A stretch of DNA of 64,000 nt from an uncultured Thermodesulfobacteriota bacterium (GTDB taxonomy: Bacteria; Desulfobacterota; WTBG01; CAIYCZ01): contig CAZQKW010000011.1 in NCBI GenBank assembly GCA_964594075.1, positions 1,480-65,479 of the forward strand, in the 5' to 3' direction. Positions within the stretch are counted from its first letter, which is position 1; every line of letters starts with the position of its first letter. Positions 40,497 to 49,950 of this stretch are shown here, piece by piece. A program made the translations under genes and the position numbers. The notes beneath the pieces were generated by a model. That model made no database searches, was not told the DNA's origin, and saw only the letters and a program-made list of their open reading frames with translations.

Positions 40497-40845
40497 ATAC
40501 TGCAAACAATTAAAAGAAAAGTTACCCCAGAAAATAGTTCTTTTAGATGTATTCTTTAAGACTACATATATATAGTGCAACCTGTGCCCTTTGTCAAGAA
40601 AAAATAATGTCTGGTGTCTGAGCGTTTCCCTAAACATTTCATAGGTGGGATGAAGAAGCGTCTGAGGGTTTCATTTGCCTTTTTTTACCTCTTCTTTGGT
40701 ATTCTTGAGTGGGTTACCTGAACGCCATGGATAAATTTTTTGGGAAACCGCATAAAAATTATGAAGGATCCAAATATGACACTACCATCTGCTAAAACTT
40801 TATGCTATATAACGTGGCAATTTGCCTTAAATTTAAAAGGAGAGC

Positions 40846-41670
40846 ATGGCTATGTACTTTGTCGTGTGTGTAAAAATGGTGCCTGACACCACGCAGGTAA
40901 AAATTGACCCCGTAACCAACACCTTGGTCAGAGAGGGTGTGCCTTTTATAACCAATCCCTTCGATACGCACGCGGTTGAAGAAGCGCTGCTGCTCAAAGA
41001 AAAATACGGTGGGCGGGTTACCGCTATCTCCATGGGGCCGCCTTCCGCCGAAAGCATTTTGCGCAAAGCTCTTGCCGTGGGGGTTGATGACGCAGTGCTC
41101 CTGAGCGATCGGGCATTTGGGGGCGCCGACACCCTGGCAACCAGCACGGTGTTAGCCGCCGCAATTGCCAAGCTTGCAGAACAGGAGCCGGTGGACATCG
41201 TTTTGTGCGGCAAACAGACTATTGACGGCGACACTGCCCAGGTTGGTCCCGGAATTGCCAGCCGATTAAAATTTTCTCAACTGACACTGGTTGACCGCAT
41301 TATGGAAATTCACAAAGAAAAGAAGATAATCGTGGTGCGCAGGGCACTGGAAGACCGCTATGAGATTATTGAATCAAAACTTCCCGCGCTCATCACGGTG
41401 GTGCGGGAGTGCAACGTGCCCCGTTATCCGAGCGTTCCGGGAAGGCTTGAAGCATTTGATATGAAAATCCCGGTCTGGACGAATGATAATCTTAAACTTG
41501 ATCCGGATACTATCGGCTTGCGCGGGTCGCCAACACAGGTGCGGAGAATATTTGCTCCCCAAAGAGAAAAGGGAGAAATTATTGAAGGCGAAGGGGATAA
41601 AAAGCACCTGGCTGTGGAAACAGTCTTTAAAAAGCTGGTTGACTGGGATTTTGTAACACTGGAACACTAA
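40846..41670 (+). CDS. etfB: electron transfer flavoprotein beta subunit
   Basis: MYFVVCVKMVPDTTQVKIDP...VTAISMGPP...DIVLCGKQTIDGDTAQVGP. GGAG RBS upstream. Confidence 0.85.
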   Translation: MAMYFVVCVKMVPDTTQVKIDPVTNTLVREGVPFITNPFDTHAVEEALLLKEKYGGRVTAISMGPPSAESILRKALAVGVDDAVLLSDRAFGGADTLATSTVLAAAIAKLAEQEPVDIVLCGKQTIDGDTAQVGPGIASRLKFSQLTLVDRIMEIHKEKKIIVVRRALEDRYEIIESKLPALITVVRECNVPRYPSVPGRLEAFDMKIPVWTNDNLKLDPDTIGLRGSPTQVRRIFAPQREKGEIIEGEGDKKHLAVETVFKKLVDWDFVTLEH

Positions 41671-41765
41671 CGGGGTTTTGTTAACATTAATAAAGTTTCT
41701 CGCTGCAAAGCGTTCTATATTTTCAAACGCACAACCGCTAAACTCTTCTCACCACCTGCGGAGGA

Positions 41766-43088
41766 TTGATGGAAGATACATCGCCAAAGAAAAAGAAACC
41801 ACGTGGAAAAGCGCGCCTTAAACCAGGCATATGCATCGCATGCGGAGCCCGATGTCAAACTGCATGCCCGGCCGATGCCATTGAAATGAACGAGAAGGGC
41901 GAGCCGATTATTGACATTGAAAAGTGCATTGGATGCCGTAAATGCGTTAAGGTATGCCCTGCCGATGCTTTGGAAATGGTTTTCACGCCGGAAGAAGAAA
42001 AAATGCTGACCGAGATGGCGGTGCAGAGTGTAATTGAAGAAACAGAAGAAGAATTGCGCAAGACCGAAGATGATATTTCTTCATGGCGCGGCGTATGGGT
42101 TTTTGTTGAGCAGAGCGACGGCAAAGCGCATCCGGTCTCGTGGGAATTATTAGGCGTTGGCAGAACACTGGCGCAGGATCTTAACGTTGAGCTGGCAGCC
42201 TTTATCTTAGGATCAAACGTAAGCACTCTGGCGGAGGAGGCATTCGCCTATCAGGCTGATAAGGTATATCTTATAGACGATCCGCTGCTTGCCCAGTATC
42301 GCACTGAAACCTACCTGTGCGGCACGCTGTCGCTTATAAGACGATACAAACCGGAAATTGTCCTTATGGGCGCAACCGGACTTGGTCGCGACCTGGCAGG
42401 GGCGGTTGCCACAGAGCTTAAAACGGGTCTCACCGCCGACTGTACGGGCTTGAGCATAGATAAGAAAAGGCGACTTCTGGAACAGACAAGACCTGCCTTT
42501 GGCGGCAATATCATGGCGACCATCCTGACGGAAACCAGGCGGCCGCAAATGGCATCCGTGCGGCCACATGTTATGCCCAAACCCGAGATGCAGCCGGGCA
42601 GAAGCGGTCCGGTCATTATAGAACCGTTTTCCATGCCTGCCGACCAAATTAAAAGCGCTATCCTGGAAGTGACTCCCTTGCTCACGGAGGGTTCCGTCAA
42701 CATTGCCGCTGCACCGGTCATCGTCAGCGGCGGCCGCGGAATGCTTAATGCGGATAATTTTAAGATGCTGTTTGAGCTTTCAGACCTGCTGGGAGGAATA
42801 GTGGGGTGTTCCCGCAGCGTGGTTGATGCCGGATGGATGCCCCATGAGCGCCAAGTCGGGCAAACCGGCAAGACCGTGCACCCCAAATTATATATAGCCT
42901 GCGGCATCTCCGGCGCCATCCAGCATCTGGTGGGGATGCAGAGTTCTGATTACATTATCGCCATCAATAAAGATAAAAATGCCCCTATTTTTGAGGCTGC
43001 CCATCTGGGCATTGTGGGAGATGTATTTGAAATTATACCGTTGCTGATTGAAAAGCTCCGCTCCAGCGGAGCACGGTCAGTAAGCTGA
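41766..43088 (+). CDS. etfA: electron transfer flavoprotein alpha subunit with N-terminal 2x[4Fe-4S] ferredoxin domain
   Basis: CIACGARCQTACP and CIGCRKCVKVCP, followed by the EtfA body (VWVFVEQSDGK...FAD-binding C-terminal domain). Confidence 0.85.
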   Translation: MMEDTSPKKKKPRGKARLKPGICIACGARCQTACPADAIEMNEKGEPIIDIEKCIGCRKCVKVCPADALEMVFTPEEEKMLTEMAVQSVIEETEEELRKTEDDISSWRGVWVFVEQSDGKAHPVSWELLGVGRTLAQDLNVELAAFILGSNVSTLAEEAFAYQADKVYLIDDPLLAQYRTETYLCGTLSLIRRYKPEIVLMGATGLGRDLAGAVATELKTGLTADCTGLSIDKKRRLLEQTRPAFGGNIMATILTETRRPQMASVRPHVMPKPEMQPGRSGPVIIEPFSMPADQIKSAILEVTPLLTEGSVNIAAAPVIVSGGRGMLNADNFKMLFELSDLLGGIVGCSRSVVDAGWMPHERQVGQTGKTVHPKLYIACGISGAIQHLVGMQSSDYIIAINKDKNAPIFEAAHLGIVGDVFEIIPLLIEKLRSSGARSVS

Positions 43089-43133
43089 GATTCATTTTAA
43101 ACATCAAAGCCCTGTTGAAGAAAGGAGTCCCTC

Positions 43134-45158
43134 TTGAGTGGTGTAGAAAGAACGCTGTTTTACCTGGTATTCATCTTTGCCATTCTGTTTTTTCTCAGAA
43201 ATATATTCCGGTTGTTTGCCATTATATGCCTCGGAAGGTTTGAAAACAGGTTTGACAGACTCGGAAAGCGTTTTAAGGAAATGCTCATTTATGCCTTTGC
43301 CCAAGTGCGGGTGGTAAGCGAAAAATTCGGCATAAACCATTTTCTGTTGTTCTGGGGGTTTATGGTATTGCTGATGAGCAACCTTGAATTCATACTGGCA
43401 GGTTTGTTTCCACGTTTTTCCCTTGAGTTTTTGGGTGACACCCCCTACGGAATACTGTTGGTTCTCTGTGATGTCATGTCGCTGGTGGTCCTGGGCGCAG
43501 TAATTGTTGCCGTCATCAGGAGAATTTTTTTCCGGCCGCCGCATATTGAAGCAAGTTTTGAGGCATTTTTTATTCTTACCTTAGTGGCGTCGCTTATGAT
43601 TGCCTATTTTGGCATGCGCGCCTGTGAAATCCGGTTCAGTGAGGAAGACCGGATGGTCTGGTTGCCGGTTTCATATGTAGTGTTCACATTCATGAGCGGG
43701 ATTCCAGCCGATACGTTGCATGTGCTTGAACGCATCTTCTGGTGGATACATGCACTGGTGCTGCTGTTCTTTTTAAATTATCTTCCCTACAGCAAACATC
43801 TGCATATTTTAACTGCTATTCCCAATTGTTTTTTCAAAAGTTTTTCATTTATTAAAACCATGCCGCCCATGACCTTTAAGAAGGGTGGACGCTTCGGCAT
43901 TTCAAAAATAATTCAGTTTTCATGGAAAGACCTTTTTGATTTTCTCTCCTGTACGGAATGCGGCAGATGTGCGCGCGCCTGTCCTGCCACCTGCACGGGC
44001 AAACCGCTCAATCCCATGAAACTTATCCATCAGGGCAAACTTAATCTGTTAGCCAACGGGAGAGAAATTCTTGCCTCCCGTCCTGCCGATACTATTGCGT
44101 CAGCACCTGACGATACGCCCATGGCTGTGCCGCTCATCAACGGCGGTGAGGCAAATATTTCAACTGATGCGATCTGGGCATGCACCACCTGCGGCGCCTG
44201 CATGCAGAAATGTCCCGTCTTTATTGAACACGTGCCAAAGTTGTTGTGGCTAAGGCGACATCTGGTTATGGAGAAAGCTTCGTTTCCGCAGGAGCTGATT
44301 GGTTTTTTTGAGAACTCAGAGCAACGGTTCAACCCCTGGGGCATCGCCCCCTCGGAACGGGACAAATGGGTTCAGGATCGAACGACAAAAATACTGTCTC
44401 ACGGTGCCCGCGTTGATTACCTGTTTTTTGTGGGCTGCTCGGGTTCTTTTGATTCCAGAAACCGCCAGGTTACGCTCGCCCTGACTAAAATTTTTAATGC
44501 CGCGCATCTATCATGGGGCATATTGGGAACTGAAGAAAAGTGCTGTGGCGATTCGCTCAGGCGACTGGGCAATGAATATGTCTTTGACCAGTTTGCCCGG
44601 GAAAACGTCAAACTTTTTAAAAGCTACGGCATCAAAAAAATTATCACGTATTGTCCCCACTGCTATAGCACCCTCAAGAATGATTACCAGCAGTTTGGCG
44701 GCGATTTTGAGGTTATTCATCATACCCAATTAATTCATATGCTTCTGCAGCGCGGCGTTATTAGGCTCAGAAAACAGCAACCGTGTGCAACGGTCTTTCA
44801 TGATTCCTGTTATCTGGGACGGTATAATGATATTTACCAGGAACCCCGGGAGATTCTTACTAAAGTTTGCGGCGGAACACCGCCCCTTGAAATGAAGCGC
44901 CATGGGCCCACCAGCTTCTGTTGCGGTGCTGGCGGGGGAAGAATGTGGATGGAGGAAGACATTGGCAAGCGCATCTATCTTGAGAGAACCCAGGAAGCCC
45001 TTGCCACCAATCCGTCAACCATCTGTGTTGCCTGCCCGTATTGCATGACCATGTTTGAAGATGGCGTGAAGGACGAAAAGGCACAGGATAGAGTCAGGGT
45101 AAAAGATATTGCGGAAATTGTGGCAGATGCAATCGTAGGTGATGATATGCTCGCTTAA
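43134..45158 (+). CDS. membrane-anchored Fe-S oxidoreductase: N-terminal heme-b-type multi-TM domain fused to HdrD/GlpC/DsrK-like CCG-domain Fe-S protein; the Etf-associated EMO type of syntrophs
   Basis: Six or more TM helices, then CTECGRCARACP and CTTCGACMQKCP ferredoxin motifs and two CCG-like Cys clusters (CCGDS..., CCGAGGG). Immediately follows etfBA. TTG start with AAAGGAG RBS. Confidence 0.75.
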   Translation: MSGVERTLFYLVFIFAILFFLRNIFRLFAIICLGRFENRFDRLGKRFKEMLIYAFAQVRVVSEKFGINHFLLFWGFMVLLMSNLEFILAGLFPRFSLEFLGDTPYGILLVLCDVMSLVVLGAVIVAVIRRIFFRPPHIEASFEAFFILTLVASLMIAYFGMRACEIRFSEEDRMVWLPVSYVVFTFMSGIPADTLHVLERIFWWIHALVLLFFLNYLPYSKHLHILTAIPNCFFKSFSFIKTMPPMTFKKGGRFGISKIIQFSWKDLFDFLSCTECGRCARACPATCTGKPLNPMKLIHQGKLNLLANGREILASRPADTIASAPDDTPMAVPLINGGEANISTDAIWACTTCGACMQKCPVFIEHVPKLLWLRRHLVMEKASFPQELIGFFENSEQRFNPWGIAPSERDKWVQDRTTKILSHGARVDYLFFVGCSGSFDSRNRQVTLALTKIFNAAHLSWGILGTEEKCCGDSLRRLGNEYVFDQFARENVKLFKSYGIKKIITYCPHCYSTLKNDYQQFGGDFEVIHHTQLIHMLLQRGVIRLRKQQPCATVFHDSCYLGRYNDIYQEPREILTKVCGGTPPLEMKRHGPTSFCCGAGGGRMWMEEDIGKRIYLERTQEALATNPSTICVACPYCMTMFEDGVKDEKAQDRVRVKDIAEIVADAIVGDDMLA

Positions 45159-45180
45159 AATGATAATTCTAAACCAAAGA

Positions 45181-45220
45181 AACGGGCAGAAGCAAGTTTA
45201 TAACTTCTGCCCGTTTTTCT
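45181..45220 (+). terminator. rho-independent terminator after the etf/EMO operon
   Basis: 10-bp stem cgggcagaag/cttctgcccg with 11-nt loop, then TTTTT at 45214-45218. Confidence 0.75.
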
Positions 45221-45663
45221 GTAAATCATACTTTGCTTTAACACGTCGAGAAAAAAGGTTGTAAGCTAAGCTTAAATTCTTCCCTGAAATGTCATTAATT
45301 CATGTCTGCTTCAAATTGTCTTCAGATTTAGTCTCTTGCCATTAGTTGCCAGTAAACTAAGGAAATTATATGTTTGTAAATAAACAAATCAATCTATTAA
45401 AATTATTCGAAAATATGATTGCTGAATGCAGCCTGGCACTTATGATTTTTTACTTGACGGGTTTTGAAATCTATTGGTATATAATTATATAGCTATTTGG
45501 CTAATTAACCTAAGCACTGGGAACTTCATAGTGATTCGTGGCCAGTAAAAAAAATAAGACTGGCAACAGGTAAAGGAATACTCGAGGTTCATTATTCATC
45601 CTCGGCACTCAGAACTGATTATGACGCTGATGGCTGATAACTAAGCATTTCCAGGGAGCTTTC

Positions 45664-46011
45664 ATGAAAGAACTGGTCAAGGTATTTAAAGCGGTCGCTG
45701 ATCCAAACCGCATCAGAATATTAAAGATGCTGCAGCAGAAAAAGATGTGCGTCTGCGAGCTTTCTGCGGCGCTCGGGATCTCCCAACCCAGCGTATCCCG
45801 CCATTTAGCAATGATGAAAGACGCCGGTCTGGTGAGCGATGAGCGCGAAGGCCAGTGGATTAATTATCAACTTAGCGAGGAAAAAGTTAACCAATATGCT
45901 CCGGTCATTATGGAGCATATCAAATCGTGGATAAATGACTACCCCAGAATAAAAGAAGATGCGGCAAAAATAAAGCATCTCAACCGGGAAACGCTGTGTA
46001 AAAAAATATAA
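45664..46011 (+). CDS. arsR: ArsR/SmtB-family metalloregulator
   Basis: ADPNRIRILKMLQQKKMCVCELSAALGISQPSVSRHL wHTH with CVC metal site. Confidence 0.8.
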   Translation: MKELVKVFKAVADPNRIRILKMLQQKKMCVCELSAALGISQPSVSRHLAMMKDAGLVSDEREGQWINYQLSEEKVNQYAPVIMEHIKSWINDYPRIKEDAAKIKHLNRETLCKKI

Positions 46012-46106
46012 ATTTTTTTATCCAGCTAATTAGTCTTTTAGCTAATTTACTTAATAGCTATTTAATAAAGAGATTTAAACAGCAGTTAACAATTTAACAG
46101 GAGGTA

Positions 46107-47204
46107 ATGACTATGCCTGAATCAGTTGCAAAAAAGCTGTCGTTTCTTGACCGTTTTTTAACGCTGTGGATTTTTCTCGCCATGTTTATAGGGGTCGGCT
46201 GGGGTTACATATTCCCCGGCATTGTGAAATTCTGGGACCGGTTTCAGGTTGACACCACCAACATACCTATTGCCATTGGCCTTATTCTTATGATGTATCC
46301 GCCCCTGGCAAAAGTTAAATACGAGGAATTGGGGGAAGTGTTCAGAAACTATAAGGTTTTGGGATTGTCATTAGTCCAGAACTGGGTCGTTGGACCGATT
46401 TTAATGTTCATTCTGGCGATTTTGTTTTTGAGCGGCTATCCCGCCTACATGCAGGGTTTGATTATGATTGGACTTGCTCGTTGCATTGCCATGGTTATTG
46501 TCTGGAACGACCTTGCCAAAGGCGATACCGAGTATTGCGCCGGTCTGGTGGCATTTAACTCAGTATTTCAAGTGCTCTTCTTTTCAGTGTATGCCTGGAT
46601 ATTTATAACCATACTGCCTCCTCTTCTTGGTCTTAAAGGCACAGAAGTTAACGTCACTATTGGCCAGATTGCGCAAAGCGTTTTTATCTATCTCGGCATT
46701 CCGTTCATCGCAGGCATCATTACCCGTTTCACCCTAATAAATATCAAAGACAAGAAATGGTATCATGAAAAGTTTATTCCCAAAATCAGCCCGATTACCT
46801 TGCTCGCACTGCTTTTTACCATTTTAGTGATGTTTTCGCTAAAGGGTGAATACATCGTTAAAATCCCCCTTGATGTTGTCCGGATTGCCATACCGCTGCT
46901 TGTTTATTTTGTGGTCATGTTTTTGGTAACGTTCTACATGAGCAAAAAAGCCGGTGCAAGCTATGCCCAGACGGCAACGCTCTCCTTCACCGCGGCAAGC
47001 AACAATTTTGAGCTGGCGATAGCAGTTGCGGTGGCAGTCTTTGGTATTAGTTCCGGCCAGGCATTTGCAGCCGTCATTGGCCCGCTGGTAGAGGTGCCGG
47101 TGCTCATAGGTTTGGTGAACGTAGCGTTAAAGTTTAAAGAAAAATATTTTTCGTCGGCACCAGAAACACCAATTGATGTGTGTCAGATAAGCTGCACAGA
47201 TTGA
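46107..47204 (+). CDS. acr3: arsenite efflux permease, Acr3 family
   Basis: AGGAGG RBS. 365 aa, 10 TM, with [21 protein letters not shown]...MMYPPLAKV hallmark. Confidence 0.8.
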   Translation: MTMPESVAKKLSFLDRFLTLWIFLAMFIGVGWGYIFPGIVKFWDRFQVDTTNIPIAIGLILMMYPPLAKVKYEELGEVFRNYKVLGLSLVQNWVVGPILMFILAILFLSGYPAYMQGLIMIGLARCIAMVIVWNDLAKGDTEYCAGLVAFNSVFQVLFFSVYAWIFITILPPLLGLKGTEVNVTIGQIAQSVFIYLGIPFIAGIITRFTLINIKDKKWYHEKFIPKISPITLLALLFTILVMFSLKGEYIVKIPLDVVRIAIPLLVYFVVMFLVTFYMSKKAGASYAQTATLSFTAASNNFELAIAVAVAVFGISSGQAFAAVIGPLVEVPVLIGLVNVALKFKEKYFSSAPETPIDVCQISCTD

Positions 47205-47278
47205 ACAACATTGCACCGCAGGGGATTAAAGAGTTTACCGTTCTCCTGCGATAGGGGCGTATTATCATTTAGCAGTTT

Positions 47279-47743
47279 TTACAATGTGTGATCAGCGCTC
47301 ATAGGTATGATGTAATTTTTGCAGGAGGCGATAAAATTTTCGACCGCCGTTTTAATCTGATCCCGCACAATTCTTGTTTTGTTTTTTATTTCTTCTGCAG
47401 TGCCGTTAAAGCAAGCGGGGTCTTCAAAGCTCCAGTGTAATCGCTGGGTTATGCCTGGAAATAGAGGACATCGTTCTGAAGCGCTCTGTTCGCATACCGT
47501 TATGACAAAATTATATTTTCTTCCCTGTTTAAAAAAATCAAATACGCTGTTTGTTTGGTTGTGGGAGATATCAAGCCCGACCTCTTTCATAACTTCAATT
47601 GCAACAGGGTTAAGCTGTCCGGGGGACAGTCCGGCACTTTCCGCTTCAAATCTGTCTCCTGCCAAATGATTAAGAAAAGCTTCTGCCATCTGACTGCGAG
47701 CGGAATTATGAACACAGACAAAGAGAACACGTATTTTTTTCAT
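47279..47743 (-). CDS. arsC: arsenate reductase, LMW-PTP family (thioredoxin-coupled)
   Basis: [20 protein letters not shown]-loop (CxxNSxRS), plus downstream Cys residues for the disulfide cascade. Confidence 0.8.
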   Translation of the reverse strand: MKKIRVLFVCVHNSARSQMAEAFLNHLAGDRFEAESAGLSPGQLNPVAIEVMKEVGLDISHNQTNSVFDFFKQGRKYNFVITVCEQSASERCPLFPGITQRLHWSFEDPACFNGTAEEIKNKTRIVRDQIKTAVENFIASCKNYIIPMSADHTL

Positions 47744-47827
47744 TATATTTGGCCTCCTGTGGTTTTTTTCATCACACATAGTTAATGATTGTTAAGATTT
47801 GATAAAGATTTGAAAAAAAATTGATAG

Positions 47828-48250
47828 ATGTCAAATAATAAAAAGAAAAAAGTCCTTTTTCTCTGCACCGGCAACTCCGCCCGCAGCCAGATGGCGGAAG
47901 GTCTGATGCGCCATTTTCGCGGCGATGAATTTGAGGTCTTCTCCGCAGGGGTGGAGCCCAAAGGGGTGCACCCGCAGGCAATCGAAGCCATGCAGGAGAT
48001 CGGCGTGGATATCTCCGGGCAGCAATCAAAACATGTGAACGATCTGCCAATAAAAGAATTTGACTGCATTATAACCCTCTGTGACCACGCGGCACAGAAT
48101 TGCCCGGTGTTCCCCGGCACGGGAAAACGCATGCATCAGGAGTTTCCCGATCCGGCGCAAGTTCATGGCAGCGAGCACGAGGTGTTAGAAGCCTTCCGAA
48201 AAGTGCGTGACGAACTGAAGCAGTTTATTCTTGCATTCGAAACCACTTAG
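47828..48250 (+). CDS. arsC: second arsenate reductase, LMW-PTP family (divergent from the first)
   Basis: [20 protein letters not shown]-loop, ...CDHAAQNCP. Confidence 0.8.
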   Translation: MSNNKKKKVLFLCTGNSARSQMAEGLMRHFRGDEFEVFSAGVEPKGVHPQAIEAMQEIGVDISGQQSKHVNDLPIKEFDCIITLCDHAAQNCPVFPGTGKRMHQEFPDPAQVHGSEHEVLEAFRKVRDELKQFILAFETT

Positions 48251-48374
48251 GTGCGTAGACAACTCGGGAGTCATTGCGAACGAAGTAAAGCAATGTATTG
48301 AGATTGCCACGTCGCTCTTGCTTTTTGCAATGACTACTTTCTTTAGTCATACGCTATAAAAAAGGAACCGTCTG

Positions 48375-49673
48375 ATGAACTGGAAAGAGGAATGGAAGCT
48401 GCTGGCATTAATTGCCGGAGCTTTTCTTGTTTGTTTTTATTTGCCAGTAGGCTCGCAGCGCTTTGACAACGCCGTGATGGAAGCCTTGCAACTGGTAAAA
48501 TGGTATGCACGAGAGCATGTGCTGTTATGCCTTGTGCCGGCATTTTTTATTGCCGGCGCCATCTCAGTTTTCGTCAGCCAGGCATCAGTCATGAAATATC
48601 TGGGAGCACGGGCTAACAAAGTTTTGGCATACGGTGTTGCGTCGGTATCCGGAAGCGTGCTTGCGGTGTGTTCCTGCACGGTGCTGCCGCTGTTTGCCGG
48701 CATTTATAAAATGGGTGCCGGGCTTGGTCCTGCCTCGGCGTTTCTTTATTCCGGCCCGGCAATTAATGTGCTGGCGATTATTCTTACGGCACGAATCCTT
48801 GGCATGGAAATCGGCATTGCCCGGGCAGTTGGTGCCGTGGCTTCCAGCATAATAATCGGGCTGTTAATGCATCTCATATTTCGAAAAGAAGAGATTGCAA
48901 AAGTTAATGCGCAAATGGCAATACCTGAGCCCGAGGTTAAGCGTCCGCTCTGGCAAACCACAGTCTATTTTGCCCTGATGGTAGCAATTCTGGTCCTTGC
49001 CAACTGGGGAAAGCCTGACACGCAGGAAGGTTTTTTTTACGCAGTCCATTCCATAAAATGGTATCTGACCGGGATTTCAGCGATAGCTTTTGCCGTAATA
49101 CTGGTTCTCTGGTTTAACCTTGCATGGGTCAAAATAGTATATGCTGCTGTGCCGACCATAGTGCTTGCATTTCTGTTTCCCGGTCAGCCGCTCATAGCCT
49201 TTGGCGCTGCGGTAATAGGTCTTTCCGCAATCACCAGCAAAGATAGCGGCGAGTGCGGAGAATGGTTCAGTGCAAGCTGGGGTTTTACAAAGCAAATTAC
49301 CCCACTGCTTTTGGGAGGGGTTCTGGTATCAGGTCTCCTGCTTGGCCGCCCGGGAAACGAAGGCATTATTCCCAATGCATGGGTCACAAATCTTGTCGGT
49401 GGCAATTCTTTGTGGGCAAACCTGTTTGCCTCAGTTGTCGGCGCCTTTATGTACTTTGCCACGCTCACTGAGGTGCCTATCCTGCAGGGACTTATCGGCA
49501 GCGGCATGGGCAAAGGCCCTGCTCTTTCGTTACTGCTTGCCGGCCCTGCATTGTCGTTGCCGAACATGCTGGTGCTGAACAGTATCATGGGAACTAAAAA
49601 GACGGTGGTGTATTGCTCACTCGTAGTCGTCATGGCGACGGTTACCGGCATGCTTTTCGGCGCTCTGCCATAA
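48375..49673 (+). CDS. arsP: permease of the DUF318/ArsP family (putative organoarsenical efflux)
   Basis: 8-10 TM. AVCSCTVLP motif resembles the ArsP TPFcSCS signature. Context is the ars operon. Confidence 0.6.
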   Translation: MNWKEEWKLLALIAGAFLVCFYLPVGSQRFDNAVMEALQLVKWYAREHVLLCLVPAFFIAGAISVFVSQASVMKYLGARANKVLAYGVASVSGSVLAVCSCTVLPLFAGIYKMGAGLGPASAFLYSGPAINVLAIILTARILGMEIGIARAVGAVASSIIIGLLMHLIFRKEEIAKVNAQMAIPEPEVKRPLWQTTVYFALMVAILVLANWGKPDTQEGFFYAVHSIKWYLTGISAIAFAVILVLWFNLAWVKIVYAAVPTIVLAFLFPGQPLIAFGAAVIGLSAITSKDSGECGEWFSASWGFTKQITPLLLGGVLVSGLLLGRPGNEGIIPNAWVTNLVGGNSLWANLFASVVGAFMYFATLTEVPILQGLIGSGMGKGPALSLLLAGPALSLPNMLVLNSIMGTKKTVVYCSLVVVMATVTGMLFGALP

Positions 49674-49695
49674 CCAATCAGAGGGAGGCTTATTG

Positions 49696-49917
49696 ATGTT
49701 AGATATAACCAAAAAGACACTCACACTTGAACCCCGGGAAGTTATGGAACTTGAGCGGATTATTATTGATGATGACCGGGAAGGTGCTTTTCAGTTTTTA
49801 AAAAAGAACATTTACCAGAGATTTATTGCTTCGCAGCAAGATCATCTCAAATCACACTTTGATGGGTGCAGCGATCCGGCTACTTCATTTTCCCAGGGGC
49901 AAACAAGTAAAAAATAA
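49696..49917 (+). CDS. small hypothetical protein (74 aa)
   Basis: GAGGGAGG RBS 7 nt upstream of ATG. No recognisable motifs. Confidence 0.4.
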   Translation: MLDITKKTLTLEPREVMELERIIIDDDREGAFQFLKKNIYQRFIASQQDHLKSHFDGCSDPATSFSQGQTSKK

Positions 49918-49950
49918 TTTATTCAAATTCTTCCATCAATTTTTTATAGG

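Noticed and set aside
48251-48374. 9-bp inverted repeat (agtcattgc ... gcaatgact) between arsC2 and arsP
   Set aside because: It may be an operator, but the arms are ~50 nt apart and nothing else supports it. It is too weak to report as a feature.
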